Shown here: piece by piece, positions 51,266-63,030 of the stretch | Layout of the letters: each line of letters opens with the position of its first letter | Position numbering within the stretch: the stretch's first letter is position 1 | Assembly (NCBI RefSeq): GCF_031769215.1 | Contig: NW_026781981.1 | Span: forward strand, 1,178,001 to 1,242,000 | Length of the DNA: 64,000 nt | DNA from: Ylistrum balloti | Taxonomy: Eukaryota | Direction of reading: 5' to 3' | Position numbers and translations under genes: made by a program | Notes under the pieces: generated by a model | Database searches by the model: none | The model's input: the letters and a program-made list of their open reading frames with translations, nothing else | Told to the model about the DNA's origin: nothing

Positions 51266-52128
51266 CAATTAAGAGATAATAATTCAATTAAGGTTGCTTT
51301 TTCGATAGCCATGTTTTTATATTAATGTATCTTTTCTCATTCAGACAGCATTTATCGTATTTAACAAACAGTCGCTTCGTTATTTGAGATGTAGTGTAAA
51401 CGTATTAACTTGGCACCGGATTTCTCCTTATTGCATCGGCAGAAGTAATTTGTGACAACAGGATGGATGTATGGTTATCTAAAAAAAGTTAAATTCTAAC
51501 AATAAATTTTGATGTGTCTTTTTATCGAATAAGTAGCATTATAAGTAGCAACTGTTACTGCTGGATGCACTTTCAGGTAGAATAAAATCCATTTTTAAAC
51601 AAATTAGCAGCTTAAACTGTAAAATGCAAACAAAACACAACTCTGTATTCCATGATCCTAATGTTTAATTCTTGCTTGATGATTTACATAAGAGGTATAT
51701 TATTGTGCCTGCAGATAAGGCATCCAATAACTCTATCCTTGTCTGCATACATTATTAGATCTCCTGCATACAATGAAGAACCTGCTAAATAACGACGGAA
51801 ACTCTACCTACACATCATATACAGTCTTTCCAAAGACCATGCTTAAACATGCTTAAGTATTATATCATATTGTTTATTATTGATAAGGATACGGGCCTTC
51901 TTCGTTTATATGGGATTCCTTAACTTCACGAGAATCCATATTAACAACTTGTTATTGATGGTTCATCTAGTAGATGTTACAGAACTCAAAAGAGTAACCT
52001 TTTTTTAAATACAACTGTGAAAGAAAAATATGAAATATATTGTTGAAATACAGTTACCACCGACCACCCCGCTATTCCGTATTCTTCAAACAACAAAAAA
52101 ACCCAAATTGGGACAGCTTAATATGATG

Positions 52129-52360
52129 TTGTATGATAATCGGTTGATTTTAATTTCCCTGTCGTAAAATGTTTCTATTGTGGATGGCAACATCCCAGCA
52201 TCCCCATCTGATATTGTTGCAATTGATTCGATATTCAAGAACTTCAATATCACAATTCCTGTGCGAAATGTTGGCAACTGAAAGACATACTCATTACAGA
52301 GGGTTTCGAGAGATGCAGACTAAGAAAGATTACAGAAAAAAATTACGTTTTATATAATGG
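52129..52360 (+). mobile_element. Frameshifted relic of a reverse transcriptase C-terminal region, Penelope-like retroelement type
   Basis: Across frames it reads LYD(N)R-DFNFPVV-DGNIPASP-QLIRYSR-ILITEGFERCRLRK. This is collinear with the LYDKRDDFNF..DGNIP..SQLIRxxR..LLxQGYxxxKLRK motif series I recall from invertebrate Penelope-like RTs. Antisense to gene A. Family assignment needs a profile search. Confidence 0.65.
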
Positions 52361-54636
52361 TCACCTATAAAAAATTCTTTGTACGATATAAATTCGGACG
52401 TGTTTGGTGTTCCCTTGTTTTCTCAGAGATTGTGTTGTTCTTTACCTGTTCTCCTTTGTGAATGTATTTTAGTTTATTTGCTTTGACTGAGACTAACGTC
52501 GCAGGTATCGTTGATGAAGCAGAAGACGCTTACTCTTCCAGATCGCATTGTCTTATTTTCTGAATCTTTCTTTTTGTTCATATTTTGTCCCAGTTTCATT
52601 AAATCCGAGCTTGACTTATTGTATCGATACTTTCTTTGTTATTCAATTTTGATACATATGATTGAAATGTTCTGCAGAGTTGTTACTGATAGTTAAGCTA
52701 CATGTAGGCTATAAGGCTTGTGTTCTCATAAAGACAGTTCTTAGTAGAAATATAACATGTAACCAGTATCTCCTATCGAGACATGGTGACACATTCCCAA
52801 CAGGTGAATCCATTAATACAGGTAAATACCGATAACAATAACAATGATTATCAGTTCGTTCGATATCCAAATAAAGTTCCTTATCGATGTCCGTCAATAG
52901 ACTGATATGTATAACTATACTCATGGTTAACACATACAAACATGTACAGTGAATGTATATGTTAAAACTGCATGCACCGCTATACTCACCAGCAGTTCTG
53001 ACATTTTTACAAATATTTAAGTCCTTTTGTTCATTTATTAAAACAATTAATGACGAAATATTTTTCATTGTTTGAATGTTTAACAAACACACACTGATTA
53101 ATCATCCAGGTCTAATTATTGCATTCTAAGACACTGACATTCCGTTACAATGTTTTTATATGTATTTGTACATTCATAACTAGCAACTGATATCATCTTC
53201 ATCTTTCATCTAACAGGAGATTAACAATTTACTGGTAACAAAATGATATTTTGCATGTGTTTGTACATACATTCTTACGTAGTTAGTTGTATATCAAGAT
53301 AGTATTGAAGAGGAGAGAGGGCTGTAGATATGAAACAACGTGAATGGAAGTTTGAGGTTTGTTCAGGACATGGTTTCTTTATTTGGGTAAGTTGTCGGAG
53401 TATCATTTATTTCTCTTAAATCAACCCCTTACGTGTTTTGCATGTTTTCCGATAACTTTAGGCTATATGTATAGTAAATGTGCTCGCTAACTGCAAAGTT
53501 TCCATTCTTTCGAAACACACCATCAATTATTGATTACAAATTCTACATTATTGTTCTTTCAATCACGTTGTGTTGATCTGCTATTCCAGGAAATGTGATA
53601 TATTTTTCCTGAATTTTTGTTCACAAAAGTCAATTGACGTCAACATCATATATGTTTGGCGTTTTTTTTGATAATCATTTTAGTTGGAATTAGATAAATA
53701 TCATGTAGATCAAACAAACCTTTAAAGGTTTTTTTAAATCTAACCATTTGATAATAAGTAACAGCATAGTTTCCTCGGCAATAACAGAGCTGCAGTGCTG
53801 ATAAATTGGCATTGTTACCGTGTATAAACATACGATAAGGAGAGATCAATAGTATAACACAAGGCGGTACACATATAGTTGATGGTTTTCCTGGTGTAGT
53901 GATACGATATAGGAGTGTTAATGCTTTTTGTACTGAATTAAGAAAGTATTAATCATGCCCTTCCTGTAGTAGATAGACATGGAATAAAGAATGATATTTA
54001 TGTCATTCTTTATATTAACTTGAATAGTAATCAATTGAAACTCATTTTCTGTAATGCTTCAGCAAGTCCGGAAAGGAAATGCAAACAACAAAATCCTACG
54101 TGCGTAAACCAAAGATGAAATGAAACAATTTGATACTTCAATATATTACAAAATATACATAATTTCCATTTTGGTCAATGCATTATATTGTATAATCATT
54201 ATATTCTGTTACTCCCTCAATAAATCGATACGTTGCGCAAACATGGTAGATACCGTGTATAGTTCATGTCTGTAGCAGAGAAAATAAATCGTCGCCATAC
54301 CAAAAGGTTAACACTATGTGTACGTTTTGATGATAAATGAATATAAAGATTGTGCATGGTTAAGATAAATGTGTATACAAATGTGATGAATGGATTATTT
54401 ATTGATATCTTAGATTATATTGACAATTGTATATCTCGCCATCGTCATGTTGCGTTTGATATAATTCCACTGGAAACAGATGCAGTAAAATGTAATTTGT
54501 TGTGAGAAATAAAAATTGCGTCACAAAATTAAATTATCGTTTTTTTTATATTGATAAAGACTGTTATGGTTGTTTGTTTGAATAACTAAATATAGCTACA
54601 ATTGAAGAAGAAAATCGATGCATCGATAATACTTAC

Positions 54637-55047
54637 TTCATATGCACTGGTTAGGCTTAGCTTATGGAAAAAGGGAAGAAACACGTGATTGGTCAGTATC
54701 GTTGTGATGATAATAGCGTTTCCAGCAATCCAGTAACTTGTGTTGTTATTGTACATTTCGGTAGGTGTTCCCAACACTGTTATAGCAGACATAAAACTAG
54801 CCATCAAGGACATAGCTATAGGAAAGATTCCTATATCCCTTCCGCCCATCAGAACATCATCGGCTGTGGCTTGTTTCGCTGCACGTGCTTCTTGGACCAT
54901 GTAGAAAACTCCAATAAGTGCTGAAACTACCAGAACCCCTGCAAACAGTACATAGTCCACTGCCACAAATGATCCGATTTGTTCTCCATCACAAAGTTCA
55001 CATACTTTCTTGCATGTTTTTAAACTCGATTCGGTATAAATATCCAT
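54637..55047 (-). CDS. SLC5: SLC5 gene A exon 1
   Basis: ATG in strong Kozak context (agcATGG) with an in-frame TGA upstream at 55101-55099. MDIYTESSLKTCKKVCELCDG...DYVLFAGVLVVSALIG...LMGGR...SFMSAITVLGTP...TSAYE|gtaagt. Confidence 0.93.
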
Positions 55048-55271
55048 GCTGTATATCCTGTAATCGTACGTCACAGAACACCACTCAGTGGACAATGGTC
55101 ACTTATGGGCGTGGACAAAATAGAAAAAATTGAAAGTAAAATTAAACTATTTCTATGAATATTTTCTCGACAATCCAATTATGATATTCACATCATAATC
55201 ACAAAATTCGACGTATAATTATAATATCCCATTAACAAATTACCTCCCACATGCCCACTGTATAACCTGTA

Positions 55272-55289
55272 TATAACCAGCTGGTTATA
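55272..55289. promoter_or_regulatory. Perfect 18-bp palindrome with central E-box in the gene A proximal promoter region
   Basis: TATAACCAGCTGGTTATA is self-complementary and sits 225 bp upstream of the ATG, with a CCAAT on the - strand near 55319-55323. Function is inferred. Confidence 0.4.
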
Positions 55290-56845
55290 GAACTACACGA
55301 GATACCTCATGGTTTTTCATTGGTAACGTTATCTTCAATTCGCCTGATAAATAACGAAGTCTGAAAGATTGAAAGCCTGGTCGTCTTGACCAGACATCTG
55401 TATATTACTAAAGATATCCATTAATAAAGTATGTTGTCAGATAAATGTTTGTATCGATAAACAAACCACTAGCTGACTTTACACCAGTCTACGTCTGTAG
55501 GAAATCTATGTATATCTATGTCCTTCGGAAATCCTTTCGCTTGCATTAAAGCTTCACATATACCAATAGACATGGCGCAAATGCCCACGCGAACATAGAG
55601 GACACTATCAGGGCCTGATAATCCCTACCTTGACCACCAGGTTATGACATTGGCCAAGGTGTACACTACTGACCGTAACATATGATGACCACGATAATTC
55701 GGCTAACAAAACCTGACGGAGGATAATTTTGACGCATCGTTTGTTTGATATTGAGTCTTGAAAAATGAAAATCACTCTTAAACAATACAAAATTATTTTT
55801 ATTTTCATTACAAATTAATGTCTACCAAATGTCACACAAATAACTAGCCCATTTAGATTGTTACACCCATTCTTATTTGTATGGATGTCTTGGTACATTT
55901 TACACGGGCTTACATTTTAAAACTACATACAATGTATAACCATACCTTTTCCAGCCAAAATGTCACAACATAGTTCGTGTGCCTTAAGCATCTCCCTTCC
56001 GTCTCCCCTACCTAGAGTGCCTGCACATTCACGTTCACATTAAGAGGTACCCTAGACTCTAGGTTGTTCAGATATGGATATCACGGTTAAAATATATTTT
56101 TTCTATTGATGGTATGTGTTTTTATACCTCCAGTTACGTTTCGATGCCTTCCCAATATTCATAATTGATTCCCAATGTCCAGCTCGACCACTTCTAAAAC
56201 TTAGTTATAGAATGGAGGCAGTTCATTTTGTAGACGAATACATGATGACGGGTAAACATGACATAGTAAATAAAATTTAATGTGTTTTGATAACTCAAAG
56301 TCAATTCAGAATTACGAATTTAATAAATTAAATGGAATATCATATATGACTAAAAACTTTTAGATATCTAGACTTTTGTTCACCAAATAAGATTTTCTCT
56401 TTATAATTATTAATTAAACCAAGTATGTACATATTTCAGCGAAAACCTACTGTCCTTGTTGATAAGGTGATACACTTAATTATATAAACTATAAAAATGA
56501 GTAAAAGATTGTTTCACCTTGATGTCGGTTTAATTTAATTGGTACAACCCAAAGAAACACATCACTGAATTATGTAAAAGATTCATTCAGCATTCCTCAA
56601 GAAAAATGTGACAGTATCTTCGGATGGTCCTACGCTTAATCACTATTGTATGACATGCGTCATAGATCAACCAGCCGTGCGATGAATGTGTGATAGAATA
56701 TTCAAGGATTACAATAGGTATATATACATATATATATATATGAAGAAAGAATCAACTATATAGCTTTTCTTTTAATCATATGCAAATTATAATCTATTTA
56801 TGTAATCAAAACGCATCGGGAAAATTTGGAGTGTCACATTGTTTA

Positions 56846-57004
56846 TTAAACATCAAATTCGTTCATTTCCGTTTCGAAGCTATCCATACGCCGCGATTTT
56901 GGAGGAAGAAGCTTTGCTGTCTCACGGGTTTCCATCTTTAGTTTGCTGAACTCTTCTTCTTCCTCCTCGTCATCTGACAAAACATCGCTCATGCTACCAA
57001 CATT
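56846..57004 (-). CDS. SLC5: SLC5 gene B exon 15 (tail ends ...EMNEFDV*)
   Basis: ttttgttacag|NVGSMSDVLSDDEEEEEEFSKLKMETRETAKLLPPKSRRMDSFETEMNEFDV TAA. Confidence 0.83.
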   Translation of the reverse strand, partial: NVGSMSDVLSDDEEEEEEFSKLKMETRETAKLLPPKSRRMDSFETEMNEFDV

Positions 57005-57945
57005 CTGTAACAAAAAATCAGCAACATCAATGTTTATATTATGATATTCATTAACAACAATGTTTACATTATAAAATTCAGCAACAACATAATATTATTC
57101 TGTAACAACCATAGTTACATAATAACGAGGACAGGAAACACAATGACAAACATGGTAAGATCGTATCAAGGCCGGGTTTTCTGTAGTCTCTTCTTAAGTT
57201 TCTTAGAGAACTAATTCATATTACAATATTATTACTTACGACAGTTCGAAATTTTCTTCACGCCCGTCTTTATCACTTTATCTTTCTAGGAATACCCCTT
57301 CTTTTACATTGTAACTCTGTATACAATTTAATAATATTGAACTGATAGGTAGCTACGACTACCATGTTTCCTTGAATAGCCTTAGTGTACTATTGATGGT
57401 TTGTCGAATGATAAGTACTTGGCAACTGTGTGATCAGAGAGATGACATGACGTCGATAACATATGTAGAAACGTACATATTTCTATATCATGAAATCGCT
57501 TTCAGGTTTAATCATTTTAGTACAAATAATCAAAAGCCAATATAACCATTCGATTGAAATAAGCTATATAACCATGAATCCAGAATTACACGTCAACGCC
57601 TAATTAGAAAGTGGTTTTACTTTTAGTCTTGTAAAATTTCAGTATGTCCTTTAGAATGTTCCACTTTTACCACAAGGAGAATAATTGTAAAATTCTTAAA
57701 CCAAAAAAATAATCTGCATACGGAAGCAGGGTGTGCTGGAAATGTAACTAAACCAACTAAATACCTAGACAGATACGATAGTTGACCTGTGTCGTGAGTT
57801 ATATGACATGGTTAAATCAATTGATAATTAATAATATCGATAACTGTAACTTCAATTTATATCTTATTTTACCATTCTATGGGCCTTATAGAAAAAACAT
57901 TCAAAATCTACAAACCAAAAGACAGATAGTATGTAGTGTACGTAC

Positions 57946-58061
57946 ATATTTCCACAATTTAAAACAGTTTAGTTTCCTCCGGACACAACTGGGAAGACAG
58001 CAGCACAACTTCTCAGATACCGGATACACAAATTTAGGAGCAATCTTCTCACTCTGCCAAC
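57946..58061 (-). CDS. SLC5: SLC5 gene B exon 14
   Basis: actctag|(G)WQSEKIAPKFVYPVSEKLCCCLPSCVRRKLNCFKLWKY|gtacgt. Confidence 0.87.
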
Positions 58062-58608
58062 CTAGAGTATTAAAAAAACAATATTCATAAGACCGATGAA
58101 GATAATGAAATGTATGTAACCTTTATATAAACTTATGACGTTTGGGTAAAATTGCAGTGCTAGTATTTCGAATAGAACAGGTGTTTTGTCAAGTATTGAT
58201 TATGATAATTTTAACATGCTGGTATAGTTGTTGGTTTTTAATAACTTTTGGAAAGGAATGACAGTGAAAAACCAAAATTATATATATTAACCACGAGTTT
58301 GTTTATTCAAGGTAATATTTTGATTCTTAGCGTCAGAACTTACCAACAAGTTTTATAAATAAAAAATTACCAATAACTTTTCTCCGAAATGAAAATGCTG
58401 ACTAGTTTTCTATTCGTCACATATTACCTATACGTTGTCCATGTAATTAAACATTGGCAAAATTAAGTCTACTTTCACTGTAATAAGAAATTACAAAGTA
58501 CTTTGTAAATTTTCCAAGAAAACAAAACCTAACAATATGTTCTCTACATACATATATAATAGTATATCATAGGAAAACTACTGCCGACTAGTGCAAGAAC
58601 CAACGTAC

Positions 58609-58709
58609 CTGTAAGACAACTGACGAGGATGCCGACGACCAAAGCGATACATATAGCCACTGTTGGATACCACAGGAACGACAACCTGTACACCGCCATG
58701 GGACCAGAC
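58609..58709 (-). CDS. SLC5: SLC5 gene B exon 13
   Basis: tttacag|(W)SGPMAVYRLSFLWYPTVAICIALVVGILVSCLT|gtacgt. Confidence 0.92.
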
Positions 58710-59187
58710 CTGTAAATATGATCATTACAGTCAAAATTATACAGAAACATATAAAAAATATATTCGTAAACCTGATAAATGTATTTCTAATTACATCACT
58801 ATGTAATATGTTTTAACATCCATGTCTCAATTACATAAACCCTGAAATCACAGTGTCACAGCTGTAAAGTGATGTATGTATTGTTGATAAAGCAGAACAC
58901 ATTTATCATCCTGGAACCCCTGGTCTTATCACCTTCTTGTAATATTTCTGTTATTTATGTTTCATGCCATATTGTATCTGGAAAATTATTTATTCGTGTG
59001 ATGGAATACAATGACATATGATGCTTGCAATACACCTAATAAACCAACCCGATTTATTCAATAACGCTATTTCTACATTTCATATTCGTTGTGTCTCCGC
59101 AACGCTATGTCAATAAACTTAATTTACGTCAGTATAATCAGGATATACCAATGCAAATATCAAAATACACTATATATCTGAACTTAC

Positions 59188-59414
59188 CAATCAATTTCAG
59201 TTTCAGCTATATAACTGTCACTGATCGGAACTCTAGGCATGTTTAAATCCGGAGAATTCATTACAAAGTTATTCATAGCATACGTAACACCATCTTCTAC
59301 GTCACATCCGTCGGTCCCAAACGGAAGCGTTGGCATAGGAACGTGATATACAAAAGAGCCAACCACGATCCAGAATATTACGACTGTGCTAACAACCATG
59401 CCAGCCAATGCCCC
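59188..59414 (-). CDS. SLC5: SLC5 gene B exon 12
   Basis: tttctttctgaag|GALAGMVVSTVVIFWIVVGS...LPFGTDGC...ETEID|gtaagt (AAG acceptor). Confidence 0.9.
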
Positions 59415-59574
59415 CTTCAGAAAGAAAAAAACCAATCTACGTAACTATCGAGCATTTGCTGATTTTTACAGGCAGAAAATCTGTGATTTTTCTGAAGAAA
59501 TCTGATAGATGATTAGAAAGAAGTTCTCAATACTTAGTCATGTTTTCTTCAACCAAAACAATAAATCAATTTAC

Positions 59575-59661
59575 CTTGCCGTTGACACATGGCAAAAACA
59601 TCCCCATCAGAAACAAACCAAGTAGTGGACCTCCTGCCATTCCTAATACCGATATCATTAT
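59575..59661 (-). CDS. SLC5: SLC5 gene B exon 11
   Basis: atactag|[29 protein letters not shown]|gtaaat. Confidence 0.93.
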
Positions 59662-59866
59662 CTAGTATAGAAATGGAGAAAAGCGGTAATAATCTTGAAA
59701 ATACATCATTGTCTGGTTAAAATGCGTATTTAAAAATCAATTTTCCTTTCGTCTGAAATAATAGTCTCAAATAAATATCTATCATTTCGCATTATTGATT
59801 TACAAAACAAATAATTATTAATACAATCATGAATGCAACTTATGTTTCTTTTTAGTTGGAAATTAC

Positions 59867-59937
59867 CTGAAGCACAGTCGAACCCAGCAGTGCAGACAAG
59901 AAGGCAAATCCAATTACAACCAATCCTCCCAGGGCAC
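59867..59937 (-). CDS. SLC5: SLC5 gene B exon 10
   Basis: tatgcag|(G)ALGGLVVIGFAFLSALLGSTVLQ|gtaatt. Confidence 0.92.
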
Positions 59938-60019
59938 CTGCATATAAATATTTTTTACAGTATGCAATGAACATAAAACATAAAAAGTGATAACCTTTTA
60001 CTCTGCATAATTATATCAC

Positions 60020-60450
60020 AAATAACTGAATCAGCAGTGTAATGTTACTTTGTAGATAGTTAATAGTTGCGACAACCTACATGGTACTGATCAGCTGTGT
60101 AAAGTTACATTGTAGATAGTTGACAGTTGCAACAAACAACAAAGTACTACATCAGCTGTATATATGTATATATATATATATTGTTTATAGATATCCTATA
60201 TTATATTACAGATGTATATATTTTTATCCTATATTGAACTACAGATGTGTATACTTCTATTAGGTGTTGTACTACAGGTGTGTACAGTTCTTTCCAATAT
60301 TGTACTAAAGAGGTGTATACTTCTATACTATATTGTACAACAGATGTGTATACTTCATCCTATATTGTACTACATAGTTGTATAGCTCTATCCTATATTG
60401 TCTTAGATCTATACTATATTGTACTGTGTTTAGTTACAACCTACATTTTA
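60020..60450. repeat. Two adjacent degenerate tandem repeats in gene B intron 9 (about 60-bp duplication, then about 33-bp units)
   Basis: atcagc(a/t)gtgtaa(t/a)gttac(t/a)ttgtagatagtt occurs twice (about 60030-60160). Then atcctatattgtactacagatgtgtatacttct-like units run over about 60190-60450. Confidence 0.75.
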
Positions 60451-60830
60451 TTACAGCTGTGTATTGCTACAACATACATAACTAATAATTACCTCTATAA
60501 TATATCTACCATCTCCCCAACCCAAGGACTCACGTTTACATCATATTGATATATTTAAGAACAAATTTAACGCCTGATTTTAGGTAAAGGCGAATGCAAG
60601 GAGTCATATCAGCTTGACAATTTGATCTGATAAATTACATTCGGCTGTATCTCTGTTTCTATAACTACCATAAACATTTATTCGTAAAGTACAATGTGCA
60701 AGATCGATGAGGAAAAATGGATCATTATATCATTTCAGCCCTATTCATTTTCAAATCATACAGTTTGCATATATCAGATATGCATGGCTGATATCAAAAC
60801 CATTGGATAAAGCTATTGTCCCATGCTCAC

Positions 60831-60955
60831 CTAATATATTTGCAGCTTTCGCTTCTGCGGATGCTTTCATTACTACACCAATGTAATCCAGGAAAGGTTT
60901 CAGCAAGTCCTCCAATAAGGTTATAGAGAGGGCATTCAAACAAGAAGATATAGAG
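60831..60955 (-). CDS. SLC5: SLC5 gene B exon 9
   Basis: tttttatattcaag|(S)SISSCLNALSITLLEDLLKPFLDY...ANIL|gtgagc (AAG acceptor; same 125 nt as in gene A). Confidence 0.9.
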
Positions 60956-61220
60956 CTTGAATATAAAAAGAAGACAATAGTTATGTACCATCAACCAAAT
61001 AAGAAATGCATACGAATTGCTACAACAACTTAATGAGTATTGTATGGAATCCGACTATAAATGTCAGTAATTTCAATACAAATTTATGTCTTCTTGTTGA
61101 ATGATTCACTTTCAGTGGAAAACATTATACTTTTTTATCAATTCATTAATTGGTGTATTGATTTTCATATTTATAGACACAGCAAGTTATCACCCCTTCC
61201 CCGTTTAAATGATGCATTAC

Positions 61221-61309
61221 CTCAACGCAGCACTGAATATGCATGCCACGAACAGTCCAGGTATTCCAGGTATTCTACCAAGACTCTCCATCACGTAGTA
61301 CGGTAACAG
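61221..61309 (-). CDS. SLC5: SLC5 gene B exon 8
   Basis: gttatag|LLPYYVMESLGRIPGIPGLFVACIFSAAL|gtaatg. Confidence 0.93.
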
Positions 61310-63030
61310 CTATAACACAGTCATTAACCATTAGGCATTAAGGGTGTGAAATGGAAGTGGTCCGAATTCAATAACATAAATTGGTCTTTTTGACATTCAT
61401 TATGACTGGTGTTCGAATTATAACCAACCTTATGGTATATTGATGATGATGCCCAAATTGAATTTCGATCAATATCCGTAGGAAATCAATTAACTAAACA
61501 ATTATGCATATTCTAAACAAAAGCATGAAATTTGGTATAGATGTAGATTTATATATGAATGCATGGCGATAATTGTCCACATCCGTGTTCTTATAGACGA
61601 CATCCATTTTATGGTAATAAAATGGCGTTGGTGATTCATAAATGATAGTTTCGATGTCTTTTTTAATTGTGATGTTATGATTGGTGTGATGTCAAGGAGT
61701 CCCGACCTCAAAAGGTTCCAAACGAACAAAATCATCACTACCTGTTATCAACAGTAGCATATATCAAAAATGTGGTGAAGCATCATTGTGTCTTATACGC
61801 CATGGCTTAAACCTTTCTAACTAAAATTGTATGAGAATTGAACTTTTCAGATTTGCTGAGATATCAATAAGATGTATACTATATTTGGTCAATCAGGAAC
61901 ATGACGTCTTATTTAGTTCTCAATATTTCAATGAAACCTTACATTTGCAATTGCTAGCTGTAATGCTGTCTCTTTAGGGAAAAGGAAACAATGGCATTGA
62001 AGACATTAAGAACAAACCAATACCATCAAGGTATAATAAGGCGTCCCATTCCCTAACGAACACAAAGCATACGTAGTTCTTTGACGAGAGTCAAATTAAA
62101 ACTACTAGACCCGACTGAATAAAGCTGTTTGGATCACACGAAAGCCTGTTAACTTGAGTAGTCTGATACTGTCCTCACCAGTAGAACTGTCTTGGATTGT
62201 ACAAACAAAATATTCAAGTGGTATTAGACTCTTGGGAGCCTTTGTGAGCATCTTTCACATTCCCGACACATCAAAATTTTGCGTAACTTACTTCAATGCG
62301 ATACAAGAAAATTAGAAGAACGGCCTTCAATGCATCAGGCTGATTTGAAGAGCACTTGTCTTTGTTACCGTAATAGATATTTGGATACATTGTTATGTTA
62401 AATAGGTAGTGGTCTGCATTATCTGTACATTTAATGCTTGACATCACATCTTTGACTTGGAGTTAATTCCGTCATAGTAAGTATGGTCATTCTACTACGA
62501 CGTATTTTTGTCGAATTTAGAATCACCATAGCGTTTATTGTAAAGGCATTAACCGTAAATCCAAAATTACCATACCAGTATTCCAGCCTGTATTATCTCA
62601 GTATACATTTGGACCATACTAGAATGATGTGCTTCTAACAGAAAGGCTAGATATGTGAATGTTATCAATCAAGCGTGCATTTAATCAAAGATATACATAA
62701 CCATACACTTCATATATTGACAGAACGATAAAAGGGATGTTCAAAATTAGTTTTTTATTAGTAGTATTTAGGCGTAGCGTTCATTCTGTAAACCACTGGA
62801 GAAAACGATGAAAGAAAGAGTACTTGAGAGTCTGGAAAATCGTATGAAACACTCCGACACCAACTTATTAACATATATGTTTGAAAAGGTAAACTAATAA
62901 GCACTTGTGGAGTTGATAACGAATTAGACGATGTCCTTTATTGCACCAACAGAACAGATTAACAGACGTGTTTTCTGTAATCGTTTCTAAATCGTTATTA
63001 TTAATTTCCTTATATGAATTGCATATTTAC

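Larger units (their letters stand above)
43166..55047 (-). other. SLC5: Gene model A: sodium-coupled monocarboxylate/iodide/multivitamin-type transporter (SLC5A8/SLC5A5/SLC5A6-like), 15 coding exons, 2073 nt, 690 aa
   Basis: Hand-assembled exons of 411, 66, 52, 68, 155, 141, 130, 89, 125, 71, 87, 254, 101, 110 and 213 nt. All introns are GT-AG and the phases close to a continuous ORF. SSF motifs: LMGGR, SLMASFMSAITVLGTP, GGLRAVVWTD, DPTVRHSFW, NQxx[25 protein letters not shown]. Confidence 0.93.

Noticed and set aside
62340-62640. Possible LINE RT traces (VK*G, ALTVNPK, YLSIHLD)
   Set aside because: The motifs are too degraded and their spacing too short to support a call without a profile search.
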